From positions 114,328,001 through 114,392,000 of the forward strand of contig OZ024742.1 in the NCBI GenBank assembly GCA_964016885.1: a stretch of DNA of 64,000 bases, given 5' to 3'. The DNA is from Eledone cirrhosa. Its lineage: Eukaryota. A program made the position numbers and the translations under genes. A model generated the notes under the pieces. That model was given only the letters and a program-made list of their open reading frames with translations. It made no database searches and had not been told where the DNA came from. Positions 11,901 through 25,580 of the stretch are shown piece by piece (position 1 is the first letter of the stretch; each line of letters opens with the position of its first letter).

Positions 11901-13350
11901 TGCTGAAACTTGCTTTTAATTTTTGTGTCGGTGACTCTCTGTAGCTGTTAGTTGTGTTGTTTGCGGCGGTGGTTCTTTGCAGCTGTAGGTTGTGTTGTTA
12001 CTGCTTCTGCTGCAGATGCTGTTGTAGTTGCAGATGTTTGTGCTGATTATATTGTTTTTCCATCAAGTGTAGGTGACTTTCATGTTGCTTACAGTTGTTG
12101 CGCATCTAGTAGTATTAGTAGTAGTAGTAGTTGTGGCTGTTGTTGTTGTTGTTGTTGTTGTGGTAGTGGTGGTGGTGACGGTGGTGGTGGTGGCGGTGGT
12201 GGTGGCGGTGGTGGTGGTGGTGGTCCTGTGTTAGCAGCAATGGTGCTTTGTGGCTCCTCACTATTTTTCGTTCACGGCATAAAGCTCTCATGTTTGTGGT
12301 TTTCATGAAACCTATACATTCTTCCCCCTAAAGCCACAAATAGGTCCTCACTAATGTGTAAATTGGTTGTGTGATTATGTCATTCATCTCTGGTTTGATC
12401 TGGAGAAGTACTTCCAGATTTATCTCAGACGAATTCTGCTTCCGGGTGTTCTTTAATTGTAGGAGGAGTTCACTTCCCCCCAGGAAGATACTTGCTAGGA
12501 TCCACTAGATGTCTACTTCTGGCGGGTTCCCAACAATTAGGCCCTTCACTATTCTTCTTCCTGCGTAAGAGGGTACATTACAAATTGGTCCATTTTACGA
12601 TGCAGCACAGAGTAGATCTTTGCAAAGGTCTCACTTTTGAAGAGTATTGACATGCCGCTAAACTACTTGACGATTGCAAAGTTTTTTTTGTCTGACGTCC
12701 AGCCCTTCAGAGTTGACTCCTTCTGGATTTATGGGGTCAGTTTCGGTTTGTTGGTATGATATTCCGATACACCTGTGATTTATGGTTTCCTTCGCAGCCA
12801 AGACCTGAGGTGGAGATTTATGTTCGCCCAGGTTTTCTCAACTGTTACAAATTTGGATGTTTGAACCAAACATTCCTCACTCCTGGTAAAATCTGTCATA
12901 AATATTTCCACAGTTTTCGCAGCCATTGCTGTGAACATGCTTTCGTAGTAGCCCTTGTTTTAGTTGTTGAAATAGATGTTTTTGTAGTTGTCGTTGCTGC
13001 TGTTGCTACTACTGTTGTTGAATTTGTTGCTATTGGTTTATGCCATAGTTGCTGCTGTTGTTGTTGTTGCTGTTTCTGCTGTTATTGTTGGAGATGCTGG
13101 TGTAGGTAGTGGTGGGGATGGTGCTAATAGTGGTGGTATTGAAAATTGTGCTGTTGCTTTTTATTTTTATTTTTTTCCGGGTTATTTTTATTTGGTTCTT
13201 CATGGGAATGTGACTATGGTGTCAACAGTTTATGGAAAGAAACATATTAACCTTAACGCTTTTCTTGAGCAGAGTTATTGTTGATATTATTGTTGTTTAC
13301 TTTAATGATGTTGCTGTCAATGAATGTTGGTCTTTCGTGGTTCCATCTTG
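11900..13350 (-). pseudogene. Decayed Tx1 ORF1 fragment
   Basis: Minus strand reads PSYAGRRIVKGLIVGNPPEVDI*WILASI, homologous to PSYCRKKMVRVKVTQVPPDVPLPWLAASV of ORF1 near 6230; flanking Asn/Thr/Pro-rich low complexity. Confidence 0.65.
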
Positions 13351-14969
13351 TGGACAGATAGTTTGTTTCGTTACACAACATTATGTACGGTTCAGAAGAA
13401 AATGATTTTTAAAAGGTTACCAATCAATGAACATGCACCACCGATATGTGCCACATCTCAAAGGACTCAACAATACCATCAAGAAGAATAACATCATCAA
13501 CAATAGTAATTATTATTTCATTCTTTCTTTCTGTCTTCTTCAAAATACCATAACCAGTTTGTAGTAACTGTCCATATTACAGATATCAGCCACCTCTCCC
13601 TTAAACTACGTGTTATTTCACAAAAACGAAAATAACTTTCAACGAGTCATGTATTGTGAAAAGTGTTAGGATAGCGTGTCTGGTCAAGATAATTGTTACT
13701 CATGCTGAGCCCGCGTACTCTGAGTTGTATTGCGACGAATGATGGAGTAAGTACATTTCACTGGATGCTGACTTCAACGAGAAATCTCTCCAGATTTCTA
13801 TCGGCTCATCTGAAACCAATTCCTTCTTTGACCTGCTAGTGCCCAATTAATTACTTTCTTCGTAAGTCATGTCTTAAATAACCTCAGATTATGCCCCAAG
13901 ACATTGCTAAATCAATACGTTAAGTGACAAACATGTTCTCGTTATGCCACTGAAGGTCCGTTAGACCCTAGTTCACCCTTCGTTTCCCCCTGTCATTTAC
14001 ATTTACGTATTTATATTATTTTTTACAGAAAAGATTCTGAGTTGAATTCACATTATTATTTACTTACAACTACTTGTCAGCAAATATCGAAATATTGAAA
14101 TTGATCCTTTTTTGTGATTACATTTATCGAAATTTGTGATTAAAAATATTGAAATATTGAAATTGATATTTTCTTTTGTGATTACATATCCATAAGAGAT
14201 ATCTGATGAAGATTTCATAAGTTTTAATTTTTATTGAAATTTTCATAAATTAACCAGGTCATGGGAATCTTAAAAATTATAAATGTTGACACTTATACAT
14301 GGGTAGAATACAAAATTGTGTTTCAAACACGTTCACCAACCTTATAACTACAGGATTTTAATATTGCCATTCATGCGTGAGTGTGCTGATCTATAAATCG
14401 ACTGATAAGTTATCTGTGTCTGAGTGAGAGCAATTATCCTGACTGGTGAAAAGGAAGCATATGAAATCGTGATTGTTTGCTGAGGCGAAGGAAGTATACG
14501 TATCTTCAGTACATATCTGCAAACACGTTGACATTTCATGTCTGCAATCCTTTATCTTTGAACAAATTGTGTCTAAAACGAATTACTTAGCTACTTTAGG
14601 TAAAATGTTTAGGCCTGACAAAGTATGTTAACTTCCCAGTACTCAATAATAATTGTTTAAATAGTTTAATTATTACTATGGTCAATTTTTATATTTCAAT
14701 AGGGAGATAGGAAGTGTGTTTATGACATTGCAAGTCCCCTTCTCCGAAGCTGAAAAGATCAACCTGGTCCTTAGGTACCTTTAGTATTTGTAGAGATACA
14801 ATAACACCACATCATCTGGTCCCTGAGTACATTTAGCATTTACAGTATACCTGTAATTATGTTGATACTAACCTGGCCCGGGCCAAAACAAGCTCTAATT
14901 CTATGAAACTAAATTTAGATTGAATATATATATATATATATTTGTTATATATATATTTATATATATATT

Positions 14970-15114
14970 TAAACGGAAAAATGAAGCGAAATTTCATTTC
15001 TCACTCTTAGTACGGCTGTTACTTAAATATAAGTGTGTATCGTATACATACTTATATTTAAGTAACAGTCGTACTAGAGTGAGAAATGAAATTTCGTTTC
15101 ATTTTTTCCGTTTA
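14970..15114. repeat. Near-perfect palindrome of about 145 bp next to (TA)n
   Basis: taaacggaaaaatgaagcgaaatttc...gtat-cgt-atac...gaaatttcgtttcattttttccgttta. Confidence 0.9.
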
Positions 15115-15478
15115 TCGTTTTCGGTACCCCGGCCGATTAACTCACTCGATATACAAATTAGGCTGTTCGGCCGTTAATATGCATAAGGCAAGTATATACT
15201 TTCAGACGTTCAATCAACTGGCAGGAAGGTATACGTTGCTGACGATAGCTAATAAGCTTGATCTAGTACAGCGTTCCTTTTTCAGTGTTGAACAAATGAG
15301 CAACGATGGTTGCTAGACCTGTACGGCTTAATTCGGGATGTTTGTTTACAAACACACTGAGCATTACAATAAATGTTCGGTGAATCCATACGTACATATA
15401 TATATATGTGTGCATGTATGTATATATATATACATACTACTGTACGTGTGTATACGTACATGTATGTACGTATACATA

Positions 15479-15522
<44 letters not shown>

Positions 15523-16039
15523 AAACAATGGAGGTGCAACACACGAGTTATGATATATTGGTAAAAGGAAAAGAAAATGCTGACAAATTGTTCCCAGTGA
15601 AAAATAGTTTAATTAGGAATAAGTAAAAATTAGTAATAGTATTGGTTAGTATTCAGTTTTGGTTTTAAGTTTTACCGGTTGCTCATTTCTAATGCTTTTC
15701 AGTAATAATTTTGAGATAGAGCGCCCGTGATGTTTGCTCTAATCTGATTAGTTTTGGAAATTCTACCTGTTTTATGTAAAAAAAAGTGGCTCCAGATGTA
15801 TGAAATAATTCTTGTGGTGAAAACAATTTTGATTGGTCGGTAGAGGTCATGTGGATGTTAAAAATTGATTTTTCGCCAAATGTAGGTTTGTCTCGGCTGA
15901 TTGAGAAGTCACTGAAAAATAAGTCTTTCAAGACAAATATGTGTGACTGTGTGTGGAGTAGTAGTAGTAAAGAGGTTCGTTGTTGTGATAATGGTCAGGA
16001 AAAACCAACGAAGAACCATGTGAGATTGATTCATACAAA

Positions 16040-19000
16040 ATGAATATTCGAACAATTCCAAAATGGAACAAATACCTCAGAGACAGAAAGTTCTCATTCT
16101 GGAAGATGATACAAAATCACAACAAAGCGGAGATATATGAAAAATGGCTTAACTCAACCCCTCTATCTCTCCACCGCAACATACAAATAAAGTCCATTCT
16201 AAATGAACCCGAACCTCAAAGACACGTTAGGGAAAGTATGGCATTGGAGAAAATGAAGACAGACATTGAACTTCTTAAATTGAGGGCCCAGACAAATGAG
16301 GAAAAAATCAAAACCATCGATGAATAGATCCTCCTCGAAATCAACAATAAAACTGAAGGCCCCAAGGTAGAGAAGATCTCTAAATTATGGAAAGGGGACT
16401 GCATCAGAGAAGAACTGAAATCCCTTCAACGCTGGGAAAAAAGTGCTGCTTGGTTCCTACACTATGAATCGACTTTTCAAACGGATTACACCTCCAATAA
16501 CCCGTTCATAAAAATAGGAAAACCCATAACCGAACCGCACAACAACTTCGCAAATCCCCCAGCCAATAACAAAAGCAGAAGGAAGCACCACACCGAAGAT
16601 GAACTTCCCAACCTCGCTACCATAAGAAGGAACAAAAACCCTAGAAATCATCTCCCCAAGAATGTCATTTACAACTTTCCCCCTTCATGGAGAGACCATA
16701 CTAAATCACTCAACTACTACGCGGATGCCTCATCGTCAGACATAGGGATAAGATACCACCACCATGATAGATGTAACAACTTTCCCTCAAGGGGACAGCA
16801 AAGTAGTTTCCATTTTCTCAACTCTCGCTTCCACAATACACAACAAACCCACACCACACGATACATCCAACAACGTAGGCCACCTATAACACCACAATCC
16901 AACATGGCACATATAAACACACATGCATACTCGCAATACAGGAACACCCCATTCAATCTACAACCACGAACCCGAAACTCATTTTACAACAAAAAGGAAT
17001 ATAACAAACGCAGGAGATCACTTAACACCATCAGACAACCCCTCTACCCCAACCATGTTTTAGACACAGCAAACAGATACAGGCAAACAAAATAACACAA
17101 GACAGGGAGGAGAAAACGGGAGTAATAAAAAGTATCAATCTAACTAGTGCAGAATCAACACCCAACCTTATCAACTTACTCTCCAAAGCTCTTAAATTCA
17201 CACCGACCCCTCTTCGTCCTAACTACTATGAAATGAAGGAAGACATCACAGACTTCTTTAGAAAGTTACGACTCAGTGAAGAACTATTCGACCAGTATAA
17301 TGAGGATGAATCATTAGCCACAAATAGAAGCAATTTCACCCCATCAAAAGGTAGAAATAAAATCCTGGACGAATTCTGTGAACACATCACAAACTTCCCT
17401 TACCAACACTTGCATAGACAAAAACACAAGCCAAATTTCAACAAGAAAGAATGGGAAGAATTAAATAGATTAAAAACCAACAGAACCATTACAATTAAAG
17501 AGGCTGATAAAGGGATTACAGTAGTCCTAATGGAGACATAATTCTATCTCAATTTAGCGCTCTCCACTTTGGAAAACGAAACACTCTACGAAAAGAATGA
17601 ACACTACAATCAACAGAAAAGTATGAGAAACCTAAAAACTCTGATCAACCAATACAAAGAAGGACTCACTAACAAGGAATTCAGCTTCATCATAGACTTC
17701 ACAAGTAAATCCTGCCTTTGCTACGGTATCCCTAAAGTACATAAAAGCGAATTAATAAGTAAGGCATGCAAGGAAGCCACAGACATAGTCATCAATGTCC
17801 CCTCACCTAATGATCACAAATTAAGACCTTTAATAGCAGGCCCCGCTTGCAAAACCCACCGCCTTAGCAACTTCATTGATACCCTTCTCAAGCCTTTTCT
17901 CAAACACATCAAAATCTATATAAGGGACGACCTAGATATGCTCAATCACCTCCCTAATATGCCCCTTTCTGAACAAACCATACTAGTGACGTTCGATGTA
18001 GTCAACCTATACTCCAACATCCCCCACCACCTAGGAATAGAAGCTATCCAATTCTGGCTGGATAATTACCACAATGAACTCCCACAACGCATCAAAAATG
18101 AATTCGTGATAGAGGGACTCACATTTATCTTGGAGAACAATTACTTCGTTTTCAATAACAAACCCTACAGACAGAAATCTGGGACCGCAATGGGAACGAA
18201 AACAGCCCCCACTTATGCCAACATGGAAACCTGGAAATCACCCTCTACACTAAAGTACTAAACACATTTGCAAACACTCTCCACTTACACATAGAAATGA
18301 ACTGGAAGCGATATCTAGATGACTGCTTCATCCTTTGGCACGAAAACATCAAGAAACTTAAAGAATTTCACACCCTTATAAATGGGCTCAACAGGAATAT
18401 TAACTTCACGATGGAATACAGCCATCAACAACTCCCCTTCTTCGATATGCTCATTAAGATCCATAAAAAAAATAGAAACAGATATATACTACAAGCCCAT
18501 AGACTCCAAGCAATATCTTCCTTTCAACTCTTGCCACACTAGACACGTTAAAATTAATATTCCCTACAACTTAGCCAAGAGAATCTGTACTATAGTCTCC
18601 AATAAAAACACCTGCTACTTACTGCTACAAGAACTAAAGGACACACTCATAGGCAGGGACTACCCTGCATCACTAATTAACAATGGAATCCAACGTGCCC
18701 TAAAACTCAGTGCCCAGGAACTTAGACACCCTAAAGTAAATCAACCGAAACTAAAAGCTCTTCCATACGTCTCCACACACAAGCTCCCCAACAATAAGGC
18801 TTTTGACACCATCCTCCAGAACATCCCTGTGTTGAAAAAGGACCATAGAATGAACCAAATCATACGAACACACGATATCAGAAAAAGACAATCTAAGTCA
18901 ATGAAAAGCATCCTAACACATACCAAAGTACTGCCAACCACAACAACGAAACCCACAGTAAAAAAATGCGATAGACCCAACTGTGGCATATGCATCAACC

Positions 19001-19365
19001 TAATAGAGGGTTCGGAATTATATTTCAAAGAATGACAACGTTTTATAGTAAAACACAATTTCACATGTGCATCAGAAAATCTAATATATGTATTAACTTG
19101 CTCAGGTTGTCGAGAACAATACATAAGCCAGACCAAAAACAGCCTTCGCCAACGAATGACTGTCCATAGATCCCAAATAAAAATACGGGAATACAGGAAA
19201 ATACCACTGAGTGAACACCTTGATACCTGTGCCGCCCAAAATCATCCCAACTTCAGAATCTTTCCTCTCTACAAATTTACAGATAATGCCACCAACACCC
19301 AGCGCATCAGCAAGGAATCTCACGTTATTAACAAATACGGACCACGTCTAAACACTTCTCCCTAA
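16040..19365 (+). pseudogene. PLE RT plus GIY-YIG endonuclease ORF, frameshifted
   Basis: IKEADKG, YGIPKVHK, LRPLIAG, FDVVNLYSNI, GTAMG..APTYAN, RYLDDCF, CDRPNCGIC linker, NLIYVLTCSGCREQYISQT..LRQR. Confidence 0.92.
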
Positions 19366-20065
19366 GACGAACCCACAACATACACACGTCAACATGCATA
19401 CCTACATCAGCACTATCCATATATAAACACAATGACATACGTAAACACATGTTCTATGGTGCAACACAAATATGCACGAATTTGCATACCTTTTGATGTC
19501 TATAGATATAAAAGTGCCGACACACACACATACATATACGCACACAGGCATTGCACACTGATGGGCTCATACATATTTGTACACAAGTATGCTAATTCAG
19601 CAAGGCCTAATCGATTCCCCTTGCAGTACGTACAATCTGGACACACACACACCTTGGTATTATGCCAATACTATATATCATTTCACACCTTTTATTATTA
19701 AGGTTGTTGATGTTCTATTGAGAGAATCGTTTTCACTGAAAATATCGAATAATGTACACCATTTTTACCAGTATCACAAAAATGCTGGTCCACCCACACA
19801 CACATTCACACACACACATACACACACACACACATACACACACACATATATATATACACACACACATATATACACACACACATACGCACGCGTAAATTAA
19901 CATACAAATAGACATATACACACACACACACACACACTTCTCCGTATAAGACAAGAGCTGAAAAATATATTTTAACATGTTAAAATATCCGCCCACACAC
20001 GTACAGACACATTCCTACTGACCATCCCTCTACCACGAATTACTCTGCTACACATACACACACAC

Positions 20066-20109
<44 letters not shown>

Positions 20110-20469
20110 ACACACACACACTTATGTTAATAGGCATTTGAACTGTCAACAGGCTGCGGTTCGCACACACATCCCTGCTGACCATTATCACAACAACGAA
20201 CCCCTTTACTACTACTACTACACACACATGAACACATATTTGTCTTGAAAGACTTATTTTTTAGTGACTTCTCAATCAGCCGAGACAAACCTATATTTGG
20301 CGCAAAATCAATTTTTAACATCCACATGACCTCTACCGACCAATCAAAATTGTTTTGAGCACAAGAATTGTTTCATACATCTGGAGCCGCTTTTTTTTAT
20401 ATAAAGCAGGTAGAATTTCCAAAACTAATCAGATTAGAGCAAACATCACGGGCGCTCTATCTCAAAATT

Positions 20470-20505
20470 ATTTTTGAAAAGCATTAGAAATGCGCAACCT
20501 GGAAA
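20470..20505 (+). ncRNA. Degenerate hammerhead motif in the Neptune pLTR (inverted copy 15670-15702, minus)
   Basis: TTGAAAA/CTGAAAA core, stem II GCATT-aga-AATGC, GCA instead of GAA, ACCGGT stem III in the left copy. Confidence 0.45.
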
Positions 20506-20598
20506 GCCAAAACTGAATACTATTACTAATGTTTACTTATTCCTAATTAAACTATTTTTTCACTGGGAACAATTTGTCAGCATTTTCTTTTTCTTTTA

Positions 20599-20648
<50 letters not shown>

Positions 20649-20668
20649 CATATATATATATATTTCGA

Positions 20669-20726
20669 ATACCTGATGATATCACCGGATTCATACGGAA
20701 CCCGGTCATTGAAATGATCATAGTAT
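20669..20726 (+). ncRNA. Type I hammerhead ribozyme
   Basis: ATAC-CTGATGA-[tatc ACCGGATTC atacg GAACCCGGT catt]-GAA-ATGATCAT-A-GTAT. Confidence 0.8.
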
Positions 20727-22079
20727 AATAAACCTTTCAAGGATTTACACAAATCCAGCCTCCTGTCATTTCATTATAATATTTAACTCCGTAATAGCAC
20801 CACCAACTACAAAAACAAAGACGGTTGAACTGCTTTACGTTGAGTACTCTCTATATTATTGCATTACGATTGGCCATACGGAATAGACCAGCTCTATACA
20901 GTGGTGAACCTCAAACCTGAATAAATAACGCTCCTGAAATGTTGAGCACTTCAAAATGTAATAATCAACAGCGGCATGGGACTGAATATATCTAACCACA
21001 ATTCGAACTTTGGCTACCCGGTGCTTTCGCCTGGCCCTTTGCTACTCCCCTCACAGAATATCCGAACTTCGACGAAACTCCACGGACTGGACCATAACAT
21101 GTATTGTACTGCACTGAATTAACTAAATGGCTACCCTATACTTCTGGGCATGTATAACTCACACTGAACTCCCAGACTCGAACACGCACTGTTTCCACAT
21201 CTATATGCATTATCTGACTGCACCTTGAACTATATTGTATTTCTCCTGTGTCTTGAACTCTCCATTTAATAGACAACGACTCTTGTTTGTTTATTTATAT
21301 CTTTACATCTTTATTTGCTGTATTAATGCTCCTCCACGTATTCTACCTCTATACATCCATGTACTTTCTACTTCCCTTATTCGGACTTTTACTCGCGTGT
21401 ACCCTCAGCACACGTCACTGGAATATTTCCCCCTGGGAACATAAATACCGCAACCCGAACTATATTGTATTTCTCCTGTCTCTTGAACTCTACATTTACT
21501 AGACAACGACTATTGTTTGTTTATCTATATCTTCACATCTTTGTTTGCTGTATTAATGTCCTGATTTCTCCATCTTACTCCAACACCACTCTTGTTGGTT
21601 TATTTACATGTTTATACCTATATATTGATATGTTTATATATTTATACCTCTGCTGTACCAATGTGCTCTTCCACGTATTCCACTTCTATGTATCCATGTA
21701 TTTCTACCCCTCACATTGGGACCTGTACCCATTAGCTCTTCCACGTATTCCACTTCTATGTATCCATGTATTTCTACTCCTCACATTGGGACCTGTACCC
21801 ATTAGCACACGACACTAGAATGTCTCCTCCTGAGAACAAAAAATAAACATTACACGACTATATCCCGTACTCTACATCCCACTAGGATAAATTACAGATC
21901 TACATAATACAATTAACGTTTCTTCATAAAAGACTATTTAATTAAACCCCGCAACCCAAAACCTCATAGAAGTTATTTGAATGTCTAATCTTCAATTTTC
22001 TGTTTGTTCAATTCTCAATCCTCTTACTCCTTAGTTTCATAATGTTATTCTGAATTCTTTCAACTTCATCCGATAGAGT

Positions 22080-23090
22080 TAAGCAAAATTCTAAAGTTCC
22101 AACTTTCTGTCGGACCGTTGGGTGGGTTTTAGCGGCGGCGCGACCAGCTCCCTGGCGAACGGGCTCACCTGGAGTGCTTGGAAAAATAAATTCCCCTTCT
22201 TTCAGTAAATGAAAATACTCGGCGTGGCTTAATTAGCCATGAGGCCTGGGGCGCGGCCGGTGTTTTAACCGCCAAATAGTACCTTTAAATTACAGAACAA
22301 ATCGGAACTATTATATATATCAGCCTGAAACTGTTGAGCTTTAAGTTTTCTAACCTCTTTAATATGGAATATTGATTATTAATTTATTAATTTTTTAACT
22401 TCATCCTATAAGTCTAAACATTGTAACACACTGACCCCCAATATATTCACCTCTGCTAAGATGCGAGTCCCTGTGAAAATTTTGTCGCGCCACTCCCGGC
22501 CCGACTGTGGTGTGACATTAATATCGACCTTCCTTCCTCTCTCTTTCTATCTTCCTTCTTGTAGCTATCAACCATTACTCTTTTACCTCTCTAAGCTAAA
22601 TTTTAAAGTTCCAACTTTCTGTCGGACTGTTGGGTGGGTTTTAATGGCGGCGCGACCAGCTCCGTGGCGAACGAGCTCACCTAGAGTGCTTGGAAAAATA
22701 AATTTCCCCTTCTTTCAGTAAATGAAAATACTCGGCGTGGCTTAATTCGCCATGGGGCCCGGGGCGCGGCCGTTGTTTTAACCGCCAAATAGTACCTTTA
22801 AATTACAGAACAAATCGGAACTATTATATAATTAATTGTTAAACTGTTGAACTTTAAATTTTCTAACCTCTTTAATATTGAATATTGATTATTAAATTTG
22901 TTTAACTTCATCCTAGAAGTCTAAACACTGTAAAACACTGGCTCCCAATATATCCATCTCCGCTAAGATGCGGGTCCCTATGTACATTTTCTCGCGCCAC
23001 TCCTGGCTGACTGTGGTCTGACATTAATATCGACCTTTCTTCCTCTTCCTTTCTATCTTCCTTCTTGTAGCCATCAACCCTTACTTTTCT
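22080..23090. repeat. Tandem duplication of about 515 bp with a GC-rich core, inside the direct-repeat element
   Basis: 'aaagttccaactttctgtcggac...' occurs at about 22093 and 22605 with colinear downstream sequence. Confidence 0.9.
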
Positions 23091-23470
23091 ACTTCTCTCT
23101 TCCCTTCCTTCTCTCCTCTCCTCCTCCCTGCAGACTTATCTTCCTTCCCCCTCTTGCCTGCCTATATCTGACCAGTAGTAGTTACCTTCCTCTTTTAGCT
23201 GACATTAACCCTGACTTCTCTTCTTCTTTCTTCCCCCTTCTTCTCCTTCCTTTCTTTCTTTCTTTTACCTTGTTCATGGGATCGACGTTAACCTATGCTC
23301 CCATCTCTTTCTGTTTTCGTTCATCTGACCGGTAGTTGCATACTATAAAATTTAGCCACGTCACTCCAGGGCGACCGGCTGAGGTTGAAGGAACAGAATA
23401 GCGGTCGCCCTCGGGTCTCGATTTTCAGCCCCATGGATTTTACCTATTACATTCACGTATTATATTTCGA

Positions 23471-23528
23471 ATACCTGATGATATCACCGGATTCATACGG
23501 AACCCGGTCATTGAAATGATCATAGTAT
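23471..23528 (+). ncRNA. Type I hammerhead ribozyme (second copy)
   Basis: Identical to 20669-20726. Confidence 0.8.
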
Positions 23529-23719
23529 AATAAACCTTTCAAGGATTTACACAAATCCAGCCTCCTGTCATTTCATTATAATATTTAACTCCGTAATAGC
23601 ACCACCAACTACAAAAACAAAGACGGTTGAACTGCTTTACGTTGAGTACTCTCTATATTATTGCATTACGATTGACCATACGGAATAGACCAGCTCTATA
23701 CAGTAGTGAACCTCAAACC

Positions 23720-23760
<41 letters not shown>

Positions 23761-23807
23761 TATATATATATATATATATATAATATATATATATCTATAT
23801 ATATATA

Positions 23808-23880
<73 letters not shown>

Positions 23881-23904
23881 CGTGTGTGTGTGTGTATGTG
23901 TGTG

Positions 23905-23948
<44 letters not shown>

Positions 23949-24099
23949 ACAGGGAGAAAGAGACCATTATAAGGAAGAAAAATATTTTTGTTGTCGTTTT
24001 TAATATTATTTCTCTCTCTCTCACTTTTCTGGGTTAGAAGATGATTAAAACGAAATATTTCACTTTGTGTGAAGTGTTAAGGAATTAGTTGATTTATTT

Positions 24100-25580
24100 A
24101 TTAATTAACAAGGGCATTTATTTATTTATTTTTTATATTTAATAATTGTCTAGTACCGGTTTCAGCATTTTATGCATTATCAACTGATAGTGATATGTAT
24201 TGGTGTAGAATGGTGGTGTTGCACATGTTAACGTAATGGTACAGAAGGAATAATGTTATTTACAAACAAGGTTTATGAAGTGAAAAGAAAAAAGAAAAAA
24301 AGAAAAACAGAAAAAAAATGTTAATGTGAAGAAACAATAATGTTATTTACAGGCATACTTCTTGAAGTTAAGCAGATCAAAATGTGTTAATATAGCAAGG
24401 GTGCTTAGTCGATCCATGATGGAGGCAAATGGTGGACTTTCGTTTCATATGATCTTCCTTTTTAGAGTGTTAATATGCAGGGGGAGGCAATTCATGCTGG
24501 ATGATATTTAATTTATTTAAGAAAAAGGATTAGGTAGGGTGTGAGAGATATAACTCTTGTAAATGTTTGATTGTTTGTTCCAGCTCTAGTTTTGTCCGAA
24601 GTTTAGTGCATTGAGAAGAGCTTGGAATTTGTTAATGAAATATGTTTCCTTATTGGTACGATGGATGAAAGTAGCGTTGTCTACGAATTTGTAAATGGGG
24701 AAATTTTAAAGTGTGTATGTTGGTTGGGTACACAATTGGCGATACGTTCACTAAATGCAATCTTTCTGTATTCCTGTATTTTGATTTGTGATTGATGGAT
24801 GGTCATACGTTGTCGGAGGCTGTTTTTTGTGTGTGTCCTATGTAGTGCTCTTGACAACCAGAGCAGGTCAAAACATAGATTAGGTTTTCAGATGCACATG
24901 TAAAATTGTGTTTAACTGTGAAATGTTGTCATTGTTTAAAATGGAATGTTGAAACTTCTATTAGATTTATGCTAATGGCACAGTTGGGCTTTCCGCATTT
25001 TGTTACTGTACGGTTCATTGTGAGGGTTTGTTGGATTTTCGCTTGTGAGAGGATGTTTTTTTATGGATTTAGGTTTGCTTGTGCTCTTTATGATGTTGTG
25101 TGTTTGGAGGATTCTGTTCATTCTTGGGTATCCTTTTAGTAAAGGAATGTTCTGGAGGATGGTGTCGAATGTCTCATTGTTGAGGGGGTTGTGTGTGGAG
25201 ATGTATGGTAGAGTTTTCTGTTGCGGTTCATTCATGGCTTTGGGGTTTCTGAGTTCCTGGATGTCGAGTTGGAATTCATTGTTGATTAGGGATGGTGGGA
25301 AGTTTCTGCTGATAAGTTTATTTTTTTAATTCTTCTATTTCGTGTGTAGCATGTGTATTTATCTGAAACTATTGTAAATTAAGACCCATAATAGCAGGCA
25401 CCACATGTGAAACCCACCGCAAGCAATATCCTAGATATTCTGCTTAACCCTTTCCTAAAACACATACAATCTTCATAAGGGACGACCTTCACATGCTCAA
25501 CCACCTCCCAACGACACTCAATAATGAGCATACCCTACTAGTAAACTTTGATGTCATCAATTTATATTCCAATACCCCAT
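24100..25580 (-). mobile_element. Neptune-type PLE 3' fragment with an inverted RT piece at 25378-25580 (+)
   Basis: Minus: TLPYISTHNPLN, CASENLIYVLTCSGCQEHYIG; plus: LRPIIAG.TCETHR...LVNFDVINLYSN. Confidence 0.8.
24150..24187 (-). ncRNA. Minimal hammerhead (U3-A8 variant) downstream of the minus-strand Neptune fragment
   Basis: Minus strand: tcAG-TTGATAA-tGCATaaaATGCt-GAA-ACCGGT-A-CTag. Confidence 0.65.

Larger units (their letters stand above)
15553..20607 (+). mobile_element. Penelope-like element (Neptune-type) with inverted pseudo-LTRs
   Basis: Inverted repeats 15553-15998 and 20178-20607 flank an RT plus GIY-YIG ORF; (TA)n on both sides. Confidence 0.9.
20659..23725 (+). mobile_element. 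Non-coding element with 265-bp direct terminal repeats, each carrying a hammerhead ribozyme (retrozyme or non-autonomous PLE-like)
   Basis: 20659-20923 and 23461-23725 differ at only two positions that I could see; both ends run into (TA)n; no RT ORF inside. Confidence 0.85.

Noticed and set aside
14204-14250. CTGATGA...GAAA hammerhead candidate
   Set aside because: No convincing stem I or stem III pairing in very AT-rich sequence
13690-14540. Possible minus-strand host exons
   Set aside because: Short frames, weak splice signals and no recognisable protein family
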